From positions 186,001 through 250,000 of the forward strand of contig JBEWZL010000236.1 in the NCBI GenBank assembly GCA_045837725.1: a DNA stretch of 64,000 nucleotides, written 5' to 3'. The notes beneath the pieces are model-generated. The model saw nothing but the letters and a program-made list of their open reading frames with translations, was not told the origin of the DNA and did no database searches. Source of the stretch: Vermamoeba vermiformis (taxonomy: Eukaryota). Positions 35,493 through 48,360 of the stretch are shown one piece after another. The translations under genes and the position numbers were made by a program. The stretch's first letter is position 1; the number at the start of each line of letters is the position of its first letter.

Positions 35493-38400
35493 TCAATTCA
35501 GATCAGGCCTCGGGGACGCATCTAAGCTCAAAGCCATCAGCTCCTTTTGCGAAGCTTTTTTCTCCATGCCATCCGTTGCTGAGGTCGTCAAGAGGCTCTT
35601 TGATCGCGATCGCTCGGGAGACGTAGAAGTAGCATTGGTATTGGTGTTCGCACTCGACGACGAAGAGAACAGGCTCGAGTCCTGACTGTGCGGCATGCCG
35701 TCATCGAGCTTAGTTGTCGGGGATATCACGGTACTGCCTATTCGCTTTTGAACGATTGCGTTGTTCAACTCGAACGAGTCCGAGTCTGACTCTGAATCGT
35801 AGTGCGGGATTTCATGGTCGTTGTCGATCAGTTCTTGGTTCAACTTGCCCAACACGTCATCGAGCTTCGGCACCAACGGCTCGTTAGGGAAGTAACTCTG
35901 CAAGAACAGTCAATAATGCGTCCTTTGTAGTGTATATTATAGAGCTCAAGAGGTACCTTTAGACGAGGCAAACTATGTCCGATGAAGTAATGCACACGCG
36001 CCATCTCTCGGCCAAAGTTGATGCTCGTGTTGGCCGGGATCTGATCGGGAGGAATCGTCGGGTGTGTGCAGAGATCATCAATAAAGACCTTCATATCCTT
36101 CATATTGTCCGTAATGAACTGATTCATCTCGTGCATGAACGGTTCTTTCGCGCCAAAGCTGCACAAGTTGCCCAAGTTTTGAAGTGTCTTCGTAATCAAC
36201 GTCATTTCGCGTGAAATTGCAGCAGGTGGGTGGTCTATTCGAGAGAACTATTAGTTATTGCGTAATTACGCTTACAAAGCACGTACCATTTACAAGTCCG
36301 AAGGCCTTCAAGTTGAGCAAGGCAGGGCAGAAAAATCGCAAAAAGATGAAGCCGCTGGGACCGATGTAAGGCGCAATATCATCGTTGGGGAACTTCTTTT
36401 TGAGCTCGTTTTGAATGTGCTCGAAGATATTTCTGAAACTCCTATTGAGAATAAGAACGAACATCAGTTTCAGCTCAGATGATACGTATAGCAGTAAATT
36501 CATTATTTTAGTATAGTGCATCATCTCTGGTGCCAGAGAAGCTTTCGTCTTCACAAATTTCAGACGGTAATTCCATTTTTATCATCTGCATCAGTAGCAT
36601 AGGATTGCGGTTGGTGTTGAGTACTTACATGGGGCAGATATTCAACGAGGTCCTAATAGCATCGAAGATTTGTTGGCAGTATGTTTGTAACGTTTGTTTG
36701 TTCTTTTTTAAGATTTTTTCCGGATCTTTTTGATCTACTCTTTGCGGATCCATCTAAGCATACCAGTGTTAATGAAATCATATATACGTCCTTATAATCG
36801 ATATCTAGGACTCACCTCGCAAGATTTCTTGCCAATATTTGCGTAAATTTCGGCAACGATTGGCTTCAGCACTCGTTGCAAGTACGGCATGCCCGTCAGT
36901 CGCATGTAAATATCCAACGACTTGGTGCCGACAGTATTGCCTCTGAAAATGATCTTCGAGTCCAATGTGCGCTGAATTTCATCGCTGATAATTGATTTCA
37001 AGAAATGCACGGCTGTTTTTCTCGTTTCAAATGACTTGACCAAACAATCAGCCACACGGCGCTCTTTCTTCGTACTGATCGTTGAAAACAACTTTGTAAG
37101 CTTCATATCTTCTTCTAATAGTAGCGATAATAGATTATCATAGGACGTGTCGGGCAAAATAGTTGATGACTAAGCGATGAAAAAAAACGGAGTAATTAGT
37201 ACACGATAATTTTGCCATATTAGGAAATGAGCGATATTGATAACCTCGCTCGTAATGATAGTTCATTACAACGCTTATCAAGAATAATTAAAGTCATTAA
37301 AGTGTATTATTATTTTGGAACTTACGCTGAACTGCAAGGTCAATCGGACTTCACCAATTGATTTCTCGCGCGACGGACTTAATTTCCACCATTTGCCTTT
37401 GACTTTGGTCGGGTCATCGAGCTCTTTCAATAATATTTCAACTTCGCCCAATATCATTTCATCCGAGCTCTGCATAATTGTGCTCGCATCGCATATTCGA
37501 ATGGTGATTGTGTTATTGTATTCAGGTACGTCGCTATATATAAATATCTATGTTAGCGCATCAAGAAAAATTGCAATTTTCTAAATTAGGAAATAATAAG
37601 CTAATTTTGAGTATTTTAAAAAAAGCCGCGCATAATCTTACAATTGACATTCAGCGCCGGTGTAGGTCGGAGAAGTTCCGCGCGTAGGTTGAGAGCGCAC
37701 TGTTTTGGACTTAAATACGACGGAAGCATACGTGTCCGTTTCACTGGCAAGATCTCGCGCTTGTACACCTTGATTTTGAATCATCAGTATTAGAAAGAAA
37801 ATAATCGTTCTATCAACTCATAAAGCATATAAATGTGATCTATAGTAGGCTGTTATAATAAATATGCTATTTTGCAATCATTAAAATGACGAGCGGGTTC
37901 TTACCATTGATTTTTATGCAGCCAATGACATTTTTGTTGGGGACTGGTGGCGTGTATAAAATATCTAGTGAAATTTCTCCTTTCACTGAATCTTCTTCAG
38001 CTGGAACAAGCGCGTACCAACCGTCTTTTGGTCGACCGTCGGTTAGATCTGGCATCGGAATCGATACTTTGCCTACAATATTTTCTTTTTTCTTTCTATC
38101 ATCTTCTTTGAGCATAACAATCAATTCTTTAGCATCTTCTTCGATATCCCTATTTAATAGAGTCCATTTAATATTAATATTTGAATTCACACCGGACACA
38201 AAAAGTTTTTTGTAACACAATAACAATCGCATTGACGTGCAGCGAAATCTTTAAGATATATTTAGCGCATATGTGTATTTGTATCGCGACTATTCTTAGT
38301 GGTAGGTATTGCAGATCTAGGTCAACACTTACAGATCAAATTCTTGCATAAAACCGGGTTGCTTAGTCTCCCATATAGTCATCGTCCTAGCCTTTTGAAC

Positions 38401-39275
38401 GCCATCTACAGCGACTGTACAATAATAATCGCGCTCTTTTTTCAATTTGCGAGCTTCGCTAACTAAAAATATTCAAAATCAATATGACCGTTACATGAGA
38501 TTACGGAGCAATGTATATCAATATTAATGCTATGATTCGATTGTAAGAGGTACATACTCTTCATGTAGAGGTTATATTCTGTTCTTAGTGTTCCGGGACC
38601 GTAGCGCAAGAGACTGTTGTGCACCCGCTAAATATAATATTGCTCAATGAGTCATCCATACTACTCATAAGAAAAGTATGGTCTAAGGGTATAATAAAAT
38701 ATATGAGTTAAAATAATTTAATTCATTGCTGCAGCCGAATTTAGATCAGAAGTTGCTGATCGTTATTGTGAACCAAAAAATCGATGGAACTATTCTGGAT
38801 ATAAATATGTGCGTATATCAGTATTACTCACTTGTAACGCCTTGTGAATGGCGTCGATCCATTGCTGCATTTCTTCGCGCGAATCTGCTTTCATGTAAAA
38901 TACTCTAAGGCCTGTTTTTTGAGAATTAAACATTCTGAATGTGTTTTTCTTCTCTCCCGGTGCTTCTTCGCATTCTCGATATGATTTTAAGCTGATTACT
39001 CCTTTCGGTTTGGATGCCTACAAAAAAATTTTTGATCACAAAATTGAATAAAATAAATTATTACAATATCCATAACACCGTACCATTTCATCGGTAAAAT
39101 AATACAGCGAGTGGTCGTCTAATATAAACCATCGCTTTTTCCAATTTCGGTTCAGCCCTTTGCCTCCCAATTTGACCAAGTAGCCTTGTTTGCGCGTGTT
39201 AGTCAATGAAGCAGGTGAGGGCAGGTCACCAGGGATAATATTCTTCTTTTTTTTCAAGCTCTGTGTATCGCTCAT
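35493..39275 (-). CDS. RasGAP with PH and two C2 domains, multi-exon
   Basis: PH domain KQGYLVKLGG...NWKKRWFIL, C2 strands, and RasGAP motifs IFRGNTVGTK, SGFIFLRFFCPA and TKTLQNLGN...FGAKEPFM. Confidence 0.92.
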
Positions 39276-40055
39276 CTTGATCTCGGATCCCAAGCCAACT
39301 AATTCTACAGAACCGATTCGTGCACGAGTATCAGTATTTACTTGAGCAGTGTGTCGTTCAGTTTCACACTCAATCAGACAATGCTCGTGTAATTCAGTTC
39401 GGTGCGCACAAAGAAAATGGTCCCGAAATGTGGAAGGGACCAGAGGCCGTCAAAAAATCACCAGAAATTTACTGGAACTAGACGATTCACAATGGACAAC
39501 ACTCGCGTGACGGTTAATCGAATACTGGCTTGGAAGTAAAGAGGCACAGCAGGATCTCCTCCAACGGATGGATGGTGCTTTTTCTCGCTCCCTCCATTGA
39601 ACAAAATTTATCGCCAAATTGCTCTGAACTTTCCTCCAAAATTGCGGCGTATTTTTGTATTAGGTATGGTGGAAATGTAATCATGTTACGAAAGCAAATC
39701 CCAAAGTCGTTCTGGATTCGTTCGTTGAAACGACAATAGCACGTGCTTCAATCCTAGAATTCTTTACACACATTAACACATGGTTCTAACACAGCTCATT
39801 CTCAATATGGCTCGTGTCGTAGTCGTAAACCTTGATTCTGCTCCAGATCTGGCTTCCTTGTGGTTTATACTACTACATTCCGATGGAAATTGTGCGTCAA
39901 ACTTGCGCATAGATTGATATGATGCACTATTATAATAAATGGCTTGTGGTGAGTTCAATTCTTGTTGGACACGTGCTTTTGGGGCTTTGATTTAATGTTT
40001 AAATAGATGAGATAAACTCAGTTTTAAACCACTCCGAAACGCGACCACACACAGT

Positions 40056-43016
40056 ATGGAGAGCTATTTTGCAACTCTGCCGCTCGAAGTAGTGGTGGAT
40101 TTGTTATCGGTTCTCGACAAACGGTCAGTTGCACAGTTTGCCAGCGTTTCAAAAAATCAGAAATATTATTTTGAAAAGCAAGATGGTCTTTGGAAGCAAT
40201 TAGTATGCAAATTATTTCGCTGGGGAAGCAAAGGTAAATTTAAAATTAGATGTGTCAAGAAATCGAAAAATCCTCAGACTGTTACAAAAATCTAACCTTG
40301 ATCTTAGAGCTAAGTAAAGTTCAAAAAGGAAGCAAAATTGACTGGGCAAAGGAATATCGAGTATCAGCGTATTATAACGAAAAAATTCGAAACAACCAAA
40401 TTTACGCTGATCCAACCCAAACTCAATTCAAATATTTCTCAGTAGTTGATGAAGCTACAAAGCACTATCGATTTGACGATAAAGATATTGAAGATACTCA
40501 GGGTATACCTTTTTTCTACTTTGTAAGTCAACGCCGTCTTTTTTCTGCATGCACTCGTAGTAATTGTAATTGCTGCTAGAATATTCAAAGCAAAATACCT
40601 CTGTATCCATTGCCGATAGGAAATTTTAGCGTGGCTTATTACGAAGTCGAGAACATTGATAGTGATCCTTCTTTGTAAGTCTTTTTTCCTTTATCCTGCA
40701 TCATGTTAATAATTAAATAGGAGCGGCTACCTTTATGTAGGCGGGGCTTTGGATGGATTCGTTAATGGCCTGCCTGGCGTCGGAAGAAATTCGTACAGTT
40801 ATTGCGTGTACGACGGTCGGATCGTTCTTGAAGACGACTTTGGAATGAGTACTGTACCTGAATGCACGAGTGGCGATGTCGGTATGATTGCTTATATGAG
40901 TAATGAAGAAATTAAACAACGTCTAACGACTTTTTTTAGCTGGATTCGGCATTGACTTCAGTACGAACTCTATTTTCTTTACCAAAAATGGTAAAATTGT
41001 CGCCGAGGCCACAAAGACCTCAACAGGGACTCCGTTACTCAATTTAAAGAGCCTGCATGCCACGATTGGTTTCTGTGCAACGAAAGAATGCAAAGTTAAT
41101 CTCGGGGCAGATCCGTTCAAATTCGACGTTCTGAAATATCAACAAGAAAAAGCCAAAACGAAGCTATATTCGGTCACTAAGTTCTATTCTGACATTCGTA
41201 CGTACCATAACATTACCACATTCCCAAATTAGGCAATCGAAATTTAATCCTAAATTCTTTTTAGTACGAGAGCACTTGACGGCATTCAGTGAATCAGAAA
41301 CCAGTGCCTTAGTCAACGAGTTGTCGGTGACATATGCACCCATGGACTATAATCTTCCCCCAGCCGGTGCTCGTCTCAATTCATTCTTGTACATGCTGCT
41401 CTACATGCGCATCCCGCCGAACTACGTGCCACCGAGTGATTTTGACGTGCAAGTGAACGGCTTGCCAAACGCTCTCACAGCAATGGCTCATTGCCGCGCA
41501 ATTACTCATGCGAACTCGTTGTTGCCGTCGTAAGATCATATAATCCGGATCGAATTATTGGATCTAACTTAATATGTAGGCTTGAGAATAGTTTAGCACG
41601 ATCAATCATTGACTATATGGCTAGAAGTTTGGAAGTGGTAAATAATAGAGCTTAACAATTTAAATTTTTACGATCCGCTAACTAGTTACTACCTACCAAT
41701 CGCAGGAGCAAAAAGAGATGCCATATGAAGATTATTGCCAGGAAATTATGTACAAAGCGATGGGGACTCTTGGTGCTATATTTCAAATATTGGTAGCCGC
41801 TTCTGTGGACGATTTGGTGAAAGATTTTGGTTGCGTAAGTTGAAATTTACATTTCAATCGTGTTGGTACCAAAAAAAGATAATTAATTTCTATTTTATTA
41901 TATTTAATAAGGCCTTCGGCTTACTGTTTTGAACTTATTACTAAACATGGTAATTCCATAGTTCCACTCGTATCTTGCGTTGAGTTATGTTTTGCTGGGT
42001 AAGTGTCTTACATTTGACGACAGCGTAGAATAACAATGTATACTAATGTTAATTATTTAAATAAGGTGGTTGGGAAAATAACCACTACCTCCCTCAAATG
42101 GCTGCGAGGGCATTTTATCAACATAAGGATCCGCTCTTAAAAAACAACAACCAAGAACTGACTATGGAACAGTTGCAAGAGGCGTACAGCGTGGCTATTC
42201 ATAAAATTATATAGTACGTTATTAGTTAGCGATAATACCAAATTCTAAATGATTTTTTTTCTAGCCTTAGGCGTACTGCAATTATAATAAGCGCTGCAGA
42301 AAAGATGAGACTCAAATTTATACCACAAAGAAAAGGAGAAAAAGCGGAGGCAATGGTAAGTTCAATTGGATCTAATTGTATTTAATGTACGCCTTATACT
42401 AATAAAGTTATAGCGAGTTTACGGCAACGACAAGATCTTAGAGAGTTTGTTCGATTCGTCCGTCAAACGAATGGCTAATTTAGAAGTCAATACGTACAGT
42501 CCACCACGAAGTAGTGTTATTCTGACGCTAATAGCCGAGGCTAAGTCAGGAAACACCAATCAATTGATTACATATGGCGTTTACGCATTCAGATTGCCCG
42601 TCAATAATTTCGCAACGAAAGCAGCCTTGGCCGCGGAGATTTTGCAACGATTGAACGAATTAGTGACGGATGAAATGAAACGAGAATTCTTGGAAGATAC
42701 TTTGAAAATGTTGTTAGATCCGTCTACGATTGATGAAAGCGCGCTGGCCAAAAGTCTTGAAGTGGCGCAAGTGATCTTCGGCTACCAACTGAAAATGAAA
42801 AAGAACGTGCAAGAGCTGTTGCAAGAGACTGAAGAGTTTTTGCGCGACAAAGTGAAGAAATATGAACGGAAAATCAAGAAAAAACAGCGCGAGACTGCCT
42901 TGGCCACCGCACAGAGCAACACTTCGTCAAGAAACATACTCATTGGTGCTAGCCTTGCAATGGCTGCTGCAGTGTTTGTATCGGCCTTGATTTATATGAG
43001 GAAAAAGACGAAATAA
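40056..43016 (+). CDS. F-box + SPRY domain protein with C-terminal TM anchor (assumed to be one gene)
   Basis: F-box FATLPLEVVVDLL...ASVSK; SPRY motifs YYEVE, LPGVGRNSYSY..DG, FFTKNG and VNLGADPFKFD; coiled coil plus TM helix at the end. Confidence 0.7.
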
Positions 43017-43326
43017 GACAATAATAAAATACGGCTGGAACCAACCAACTCCAGATCTCGATTGTATCTTGTCTAATAGCAGCTACTACGTGCTTAATAC
43101 TACATTAATATGATAATGGCCTGGTAGATAATCAAGAATAACTTGGTGTTTTGTCGCGGGATCCGATCTACGTTACTAACTCCGGGTATTAAATACTGAA
43201 GTTCTTATACCCTTCTTTGGTAAGTGCAACCCTAATATTTTGAGACTTTGAGTCGACATGTCGGTTCACAAATAAACAATCACAAAGTTCGACATTTATT
43301 TACATGAGTTTGACACTTTACGACCG

Positions 43327-44069
43327 TTACACTTTGGTGCTAATCGTCGTATCCGTGTTAAACTTGGTCTTGCTAGCGAGGTATGTGTTCCACACTAATG
43401 ATACGCAGTTTAAGTACAATAGTCGGAAGTGCAGCGGAACGACGTAAAAGTTGACCATTTGAGCTGCGGGCCATAATTTCAATGAGTTCTTATAAATATT
43501 GACGTAGTTATCTTGTAAGTTCTTCTTAATATCATCGCTATTCTTGCCGGCTATTAGCCCTCTATAAACGAAGAAACAGCCGATAAAAAATGGCGAGATT
43601 GTAGTCTGATCTATAACTACTTTTCCAATCAAGTTACCGAGCTGTCCTAGCTTTGTTTGTCGTTTAGGGAATATCTTTTCCAAGAATCTGAACCAATTAT
43701 GCGAGATTGGAGCGAGGAAAGCGAATCCGTACGCTCCCATGGCGAGGGATCTGAACACAAAAAACATTAAAACTTGAATCATTCGCGTAATAACATAGTA
43801 ATTAATATATTTAATTTATGAGAAGGATTATTAGATGTTTTATAAGCAGATCAAGCTTGAAAAACCGGATGCCGGTTAATAAAATCACAAAAATTGGACA
43901 GAATTTAATTAACTTACCGACTGTAGTCCCATGGGCCTTCTTTTTGAATATATTGCGCAAGGGCATCGCCCGAAAATAAAATAATGCTTGAGGTGATAGC
44001 TTTGGTTCGGATCGGGATGGTGAGAAGCGCTCTTTGGTACGCGTCCCACGCTGAGCGCATAGCAAGCAT
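43327..44069 (-). CDS. Mpv17/PMP22 family membrane protein
   Basis: TKAITS...GDALAQ, KVVIDQ and LWPAAQMVNFYVVPLHFR...WNTYL. Confidence 0.92.
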
Positions 44070-44415
44070 TTTTGGCGTTAATGTAAATATGTAGTGGTGT
44101 ACTACCGCATAGGAATAAAAATTTAATGATAACGGCCCGTATTTATCATGTAACTCACTCCGCAGCACGTGACTCGAAATTTCAGGTCCGACAACAGCGT
44201 CAAACTTGGTTAATATTCCCAGTCATTACAATTCAGGTAATTGCTGCGGGCTAGCTACGGGCACGGGCCGCTTTCGAACAACAAATCTAGCGCTGAACAC
44301 GCCGTAGTACTAACTCTCGATATACCTATCTCACCAAGCATAGAATCGTGTATAATATAATATAACAATTGGCGCCGTGGTCATCTACATGCAGCTTTTA
44401 CTAAATGTGTGCATT

Positions 44416-45929
44416 TTAATACGTGGCTGCGAGCAGTCTGTCCAAGTACTCTTTCGCATTGATGGGCTCGTACTGCGCTGGATTTTGAATCGCTTTTGCA
44501 GCTGTCAAAACACTCCACTACAGTCATAGGATCGTTAGTTAGTTAAGCATTGGACTACTATAGGTCTTATCGTCTTAAAACTCGTACCTGACACGTTATC
44601 ATCGGGATGAACGAATAGTGCAATGCTATTATCGATTATATATGTAGTGAAGTAATGCTAGTGTTTGTTTTGCTCTTTACCTGAACCGCTCTTTAGACCA
44701 GATCTCACCTTGCTCATTCTTGGGTTCCGGTGAATCTACCACACGATGTCTCGTTGATAGCAGGACATTGTTACTCCATCTCATGAGCTATAATATAATG
44801 TATACATTAGTCTAATACACGTGGATATTTGATTGCTTGTCAGGCCGTACCAGATCTCCAGTATTCACCAAGCAAACACTCGTCCCTAACGGCTCTACAT
44901 CGAACCAATCCTGTCTATTTCTCAATTGTACTTGCAATCCTCCCGCATTATCTTGCCACAGCAGTGTAATACTGCCATAGTCTGTGTGTGCTCCTGCTCG
45001 AAGTTCTGCATCTACAAGAAAAATAGTTGAGTCACGTGATAAGTGGCATTAAATAGCACTATCATACTTGGATTATTAGGGTTTAATTTCCTTCGCGGGT
45101 ATTTTAATAGTCGCAGCGTTGTAGCATTTTCATCACCAATTGAATTTTGATCGAAAAAATTAGGCTCCAATTTTAACGCCTGTACGATATTATTAGTGAC
45201 TTAAAATAGGATATCATATTTCCCATACCATAGCATAGGCTTGTAACACTACTAATGCGGCTTTTCGTGATCGTTGAAAAAAGCTAAATTCAGACGTCAG
45301 ATCCGTTCGAACTGACAAATCGATAGTTTACCTTTCCATTGTCGGTCTCATATCTTTAACGCTATCGATTGACTCAGGTAGCCATACATTGTCTGTTGCA
45401 AGCATATTAAATGCTTCTTTTGGATCTCCCGTCGGATTTGTAACGGGATCGAGCTTTTCTCCTTTCATCTTTACATAGCCTCTATTTGACTCTGTCCATG
45501 GTATTGTTGATTTAACTTCGTCAGGAAGGGCGAAAAATCGCTTTGATAAGTCGAATATGGTGGCTAGCTCTTGTTCGCTAAACAATTAGCGAGATCAGCG
45601 AAAAGTTGCAGAACCAAGAACAATTAGAATTCAATTACCTGACACCTATATTTTTTGCATAGAGAAATCCCACGGTTGTGCAAGCATGAAATACTTGCTG
45701 GACGACTTTTGAACGTTGATCCGCGTCCGAATTTTCTATCCAAAAATGGTAATTAATTAAATGTGAAATTTTTACAATAATCCGCGTATTTTATACGGGT
45801 TAATATCTATAATTAAATTCGATGGTGATTTATTGAAGTTTGGAAACGACTAATAAATTTTGCTTGCATACCAGACAAAAACGGGGTAAAATCGATAACA
45901 GGAATGCTAATTGACTGCGCCATAGTCAT
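44416..45929 (-). CDS. 2-oxoglutarate/Fe(II) dioxygenase (IPNS/DIOX_N family), multi-exon
   Basis: IPVIDF, TVGFLY, NRGY, GDPKEAF, RAGAHTDYGSITLLWQD, VNTGDL..RWSN...STRHRV and AKEYL. Confidence 0.9.
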
Positions 45930-46045
45930 AAATATTATATGGTTTCAAAATTGCCGCGCGTTCTGTGGGACTTCTAATTTTAATGAAACGCAAATGACCA
46001 TTTTGAGATTTTTTTGCCTTGAAGACCTCACAAGAATCTAACAAT

Positions 46046-48271
46046 ATGTTTGACGTTATTATCGTGGGCGCTGGTGTATCTGGTAAGTCTGTGCATTCTT
46101 GAAATACGTATTGAAATACTGAAACAACGCGATCCTCTTTATTCGATCGGATCTTGAGTACGAATATTAGAGCTAATAATTGCCAATTAAATAGGCCTGT
46201 ACACTGCCAAATTATTGCAAGACGAATATAAGTTAAAAGTATTAGTCGTTGAAGCGTCAGATCGTGTTGGAGGTAGAGTTAGACAGGTAAGCTTATTTAG
46301 CGGATTTCTTTCGTCAAAATTATATAAAAATATTTAATACACGGAAATGACCCGTAGAATACCCATTGCATCGTTCACATTTTATTTCACGAATCCAATC
46401 TAAAATCATGAAAATCAGAATTTGATCAACAATTAGCGCAATTATTGCTTAACTACCTCTTAATAAATAGGAAACTGGATTCGTTAGTTGGCCTATTGAT
46501 GTTGGTGCTGAAATTGTTCACGGCAAAGACGTCTTGCTCTATAAAATTGCCAAACAAAACGGCTGGGAAATGAAACGCGTGCGTAAAAATTACAAAGCTA
46601 GTATTTATGTGCTAATTGAGATTTAGATTTTCGATTCTTTGCCTCGCTTGGACGGCACGCCTTTCACAGGTCGCGAGTGGTGGTACCTCGGACGTGAACG
46701 CAAGTTCTTGCCTTATCCGACCACTGAGCCTGATGTGCGCAAAGCTTTTGAACTCATTCGACGCGGATCTGACGGTGGTGTGAAAGCTAACGACGGGTCA
46801 TTGATGAAGGTGAGCACGTGACTTTGATGATCTTAGGTTCAGTTAACTAATTATGGTAATAGTTCATGGTCGACAACGGAGTTTCATGGCGAGCTCTCCC
46901 ACTTGTGGACGCACTTTACGGCAAAATTTGGGCCACGGACATCGACAAGTTGGGTGCTAAAGTACGTGCACATAACGCGTTGAAATATTTTATTAACGGG
47001 ACTGAATAGGAAACATTGACTGAAGAACACAAAGAGAACTCTGACGTTGAAGACAATTACAAGGTTATTAAGTCATTTTCCGTTTTGTTGGATTTCTTGA
47101 AGAAGGATCTGGAGATCAAGACAAACTGGAGGGTACGTTGTACTGACTCAAACATGGAACGCAATCTAATTCACACTTTATATAGGCTACATCAGTCACA
47201 TATCAAGGAGACGTCATTAAAATTAAGAATGATCGTGGCGAGGAGTTATTGAGCAGACGCGCAGTCATTAGTGTGCCGGTCAATATTTTGCGCGATGGAG
47301 ATATTAAATTCACTCCCGAGCTTCCTAAAGAGAAGGTGCTTGCCTCACAGAAGGTTGGCATGGGCATGGCTCTGAAAGTCATTTTGAAGTTCTCTCAATT
47401 GCCATTCTGGCCCAAAGATATGCAACTGTGCATTTGTTCTGAATCGATCTTCCCACAAATTTGGCTCGAGGTAAGCTACCTAAGCATGAAAGCTAGTTTA
47501 GACTTGAGTATTAAATTGTACTCGTAGGGAGGACCAAGCCGTGGCTTAAATGCTCCTTACATTGTCGTTGCCTTTGTGTCTGGCGATGCTGCAAAGAATA
47601 TTCAAAGTATGCCCGATAAGTTGGTAGTGGACAGTTTCTTGAAGCAATTAGACACCATGTTCGGCAACGAGCAAGACAGCAACCCTGCTACACGCCACTA
47701 CTTGGACTACTTCATCTTTGATTGGGCCAAGATGCCGTTTGTGCGTGCTGGATACAGCTATCCTGCCACTGGAAGCCTCGGCCAACGCGCTGTCCTAGCA
47801 AAGGCAAGTAACTGGACTCGATTTTTTTCTGGGCAATCTGTTGCGTTTTGAAGCAGCCATCACAATTTTGATTGTCGCGGGGATCCCACAAACATTGAAC
47901 AGGCCTCCGAGCCCAAGGGGTCGTGTTTTCCTAGAATTCGAAAATCAAGCAAGGTTCCGTAGCTCAGCGGCAGAGCGGATGACTGCAGATCATCAGGTCA
48001 CCGGTTCAAATCCGGTCGGAACCTTTTCTTTTTACTTTTTTGTTGTTACCACTCTTGTTTGGGGCCCCAAACAGCTATCCCAAGCAGCTTTTTATTCAAC
48101 GATGATCGCTAATATCTTTTTTAGTCTGTACAAAATAAGTTGTTCTTCTGCGGTGAAGGAACTGGAGATGAGGAATCTGGAACCGTGAATGCTGCTCTCG
48201 AGACGAGTGTTCGTGCTGCTAACGAAGTTGCCGTATCATTGTCAAAACCCAAGCTCAAGAGCAAGTTGTAA
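46046..48271 (+). CDS. Flavin-dependent amine oxidase (polyamine oxidase-like) with C-terminal SKL peroxisomal signal
   Basis: DVIIVGAGVSG, EASDRVGGR, DVGAEIVHG, RAGYSY, LFFCGEG and a ...KSKL* ending. Confidence 0.88.
47953..48024 (+). tRNA. tRNA-Cys(GCA), in last (GC-AG) intron 47804-48124 of the amine oxidase gene
   Basis: GGTTCCG/CGGAACC acceptor stem, anticodon arm GATGA-CT-GCA-GA-TCATC, GGTTCAAATCC and a T-run. Confidence 0.95.
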
Positions 48272-48360
48272 ATGTGCGCGTCAATTTAAATTATCAACTC
48301 GAACTTAGCACCACAAATCTTATTTGGTGCTCATTTATTCAAAATTCGTTATGTACAAAA

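Noticed and set aside
47841-48188. 115-aa ORF
   Set aside because: It lies mostly within the tRNA-Cys-containing intron of the amine oxidase gene.
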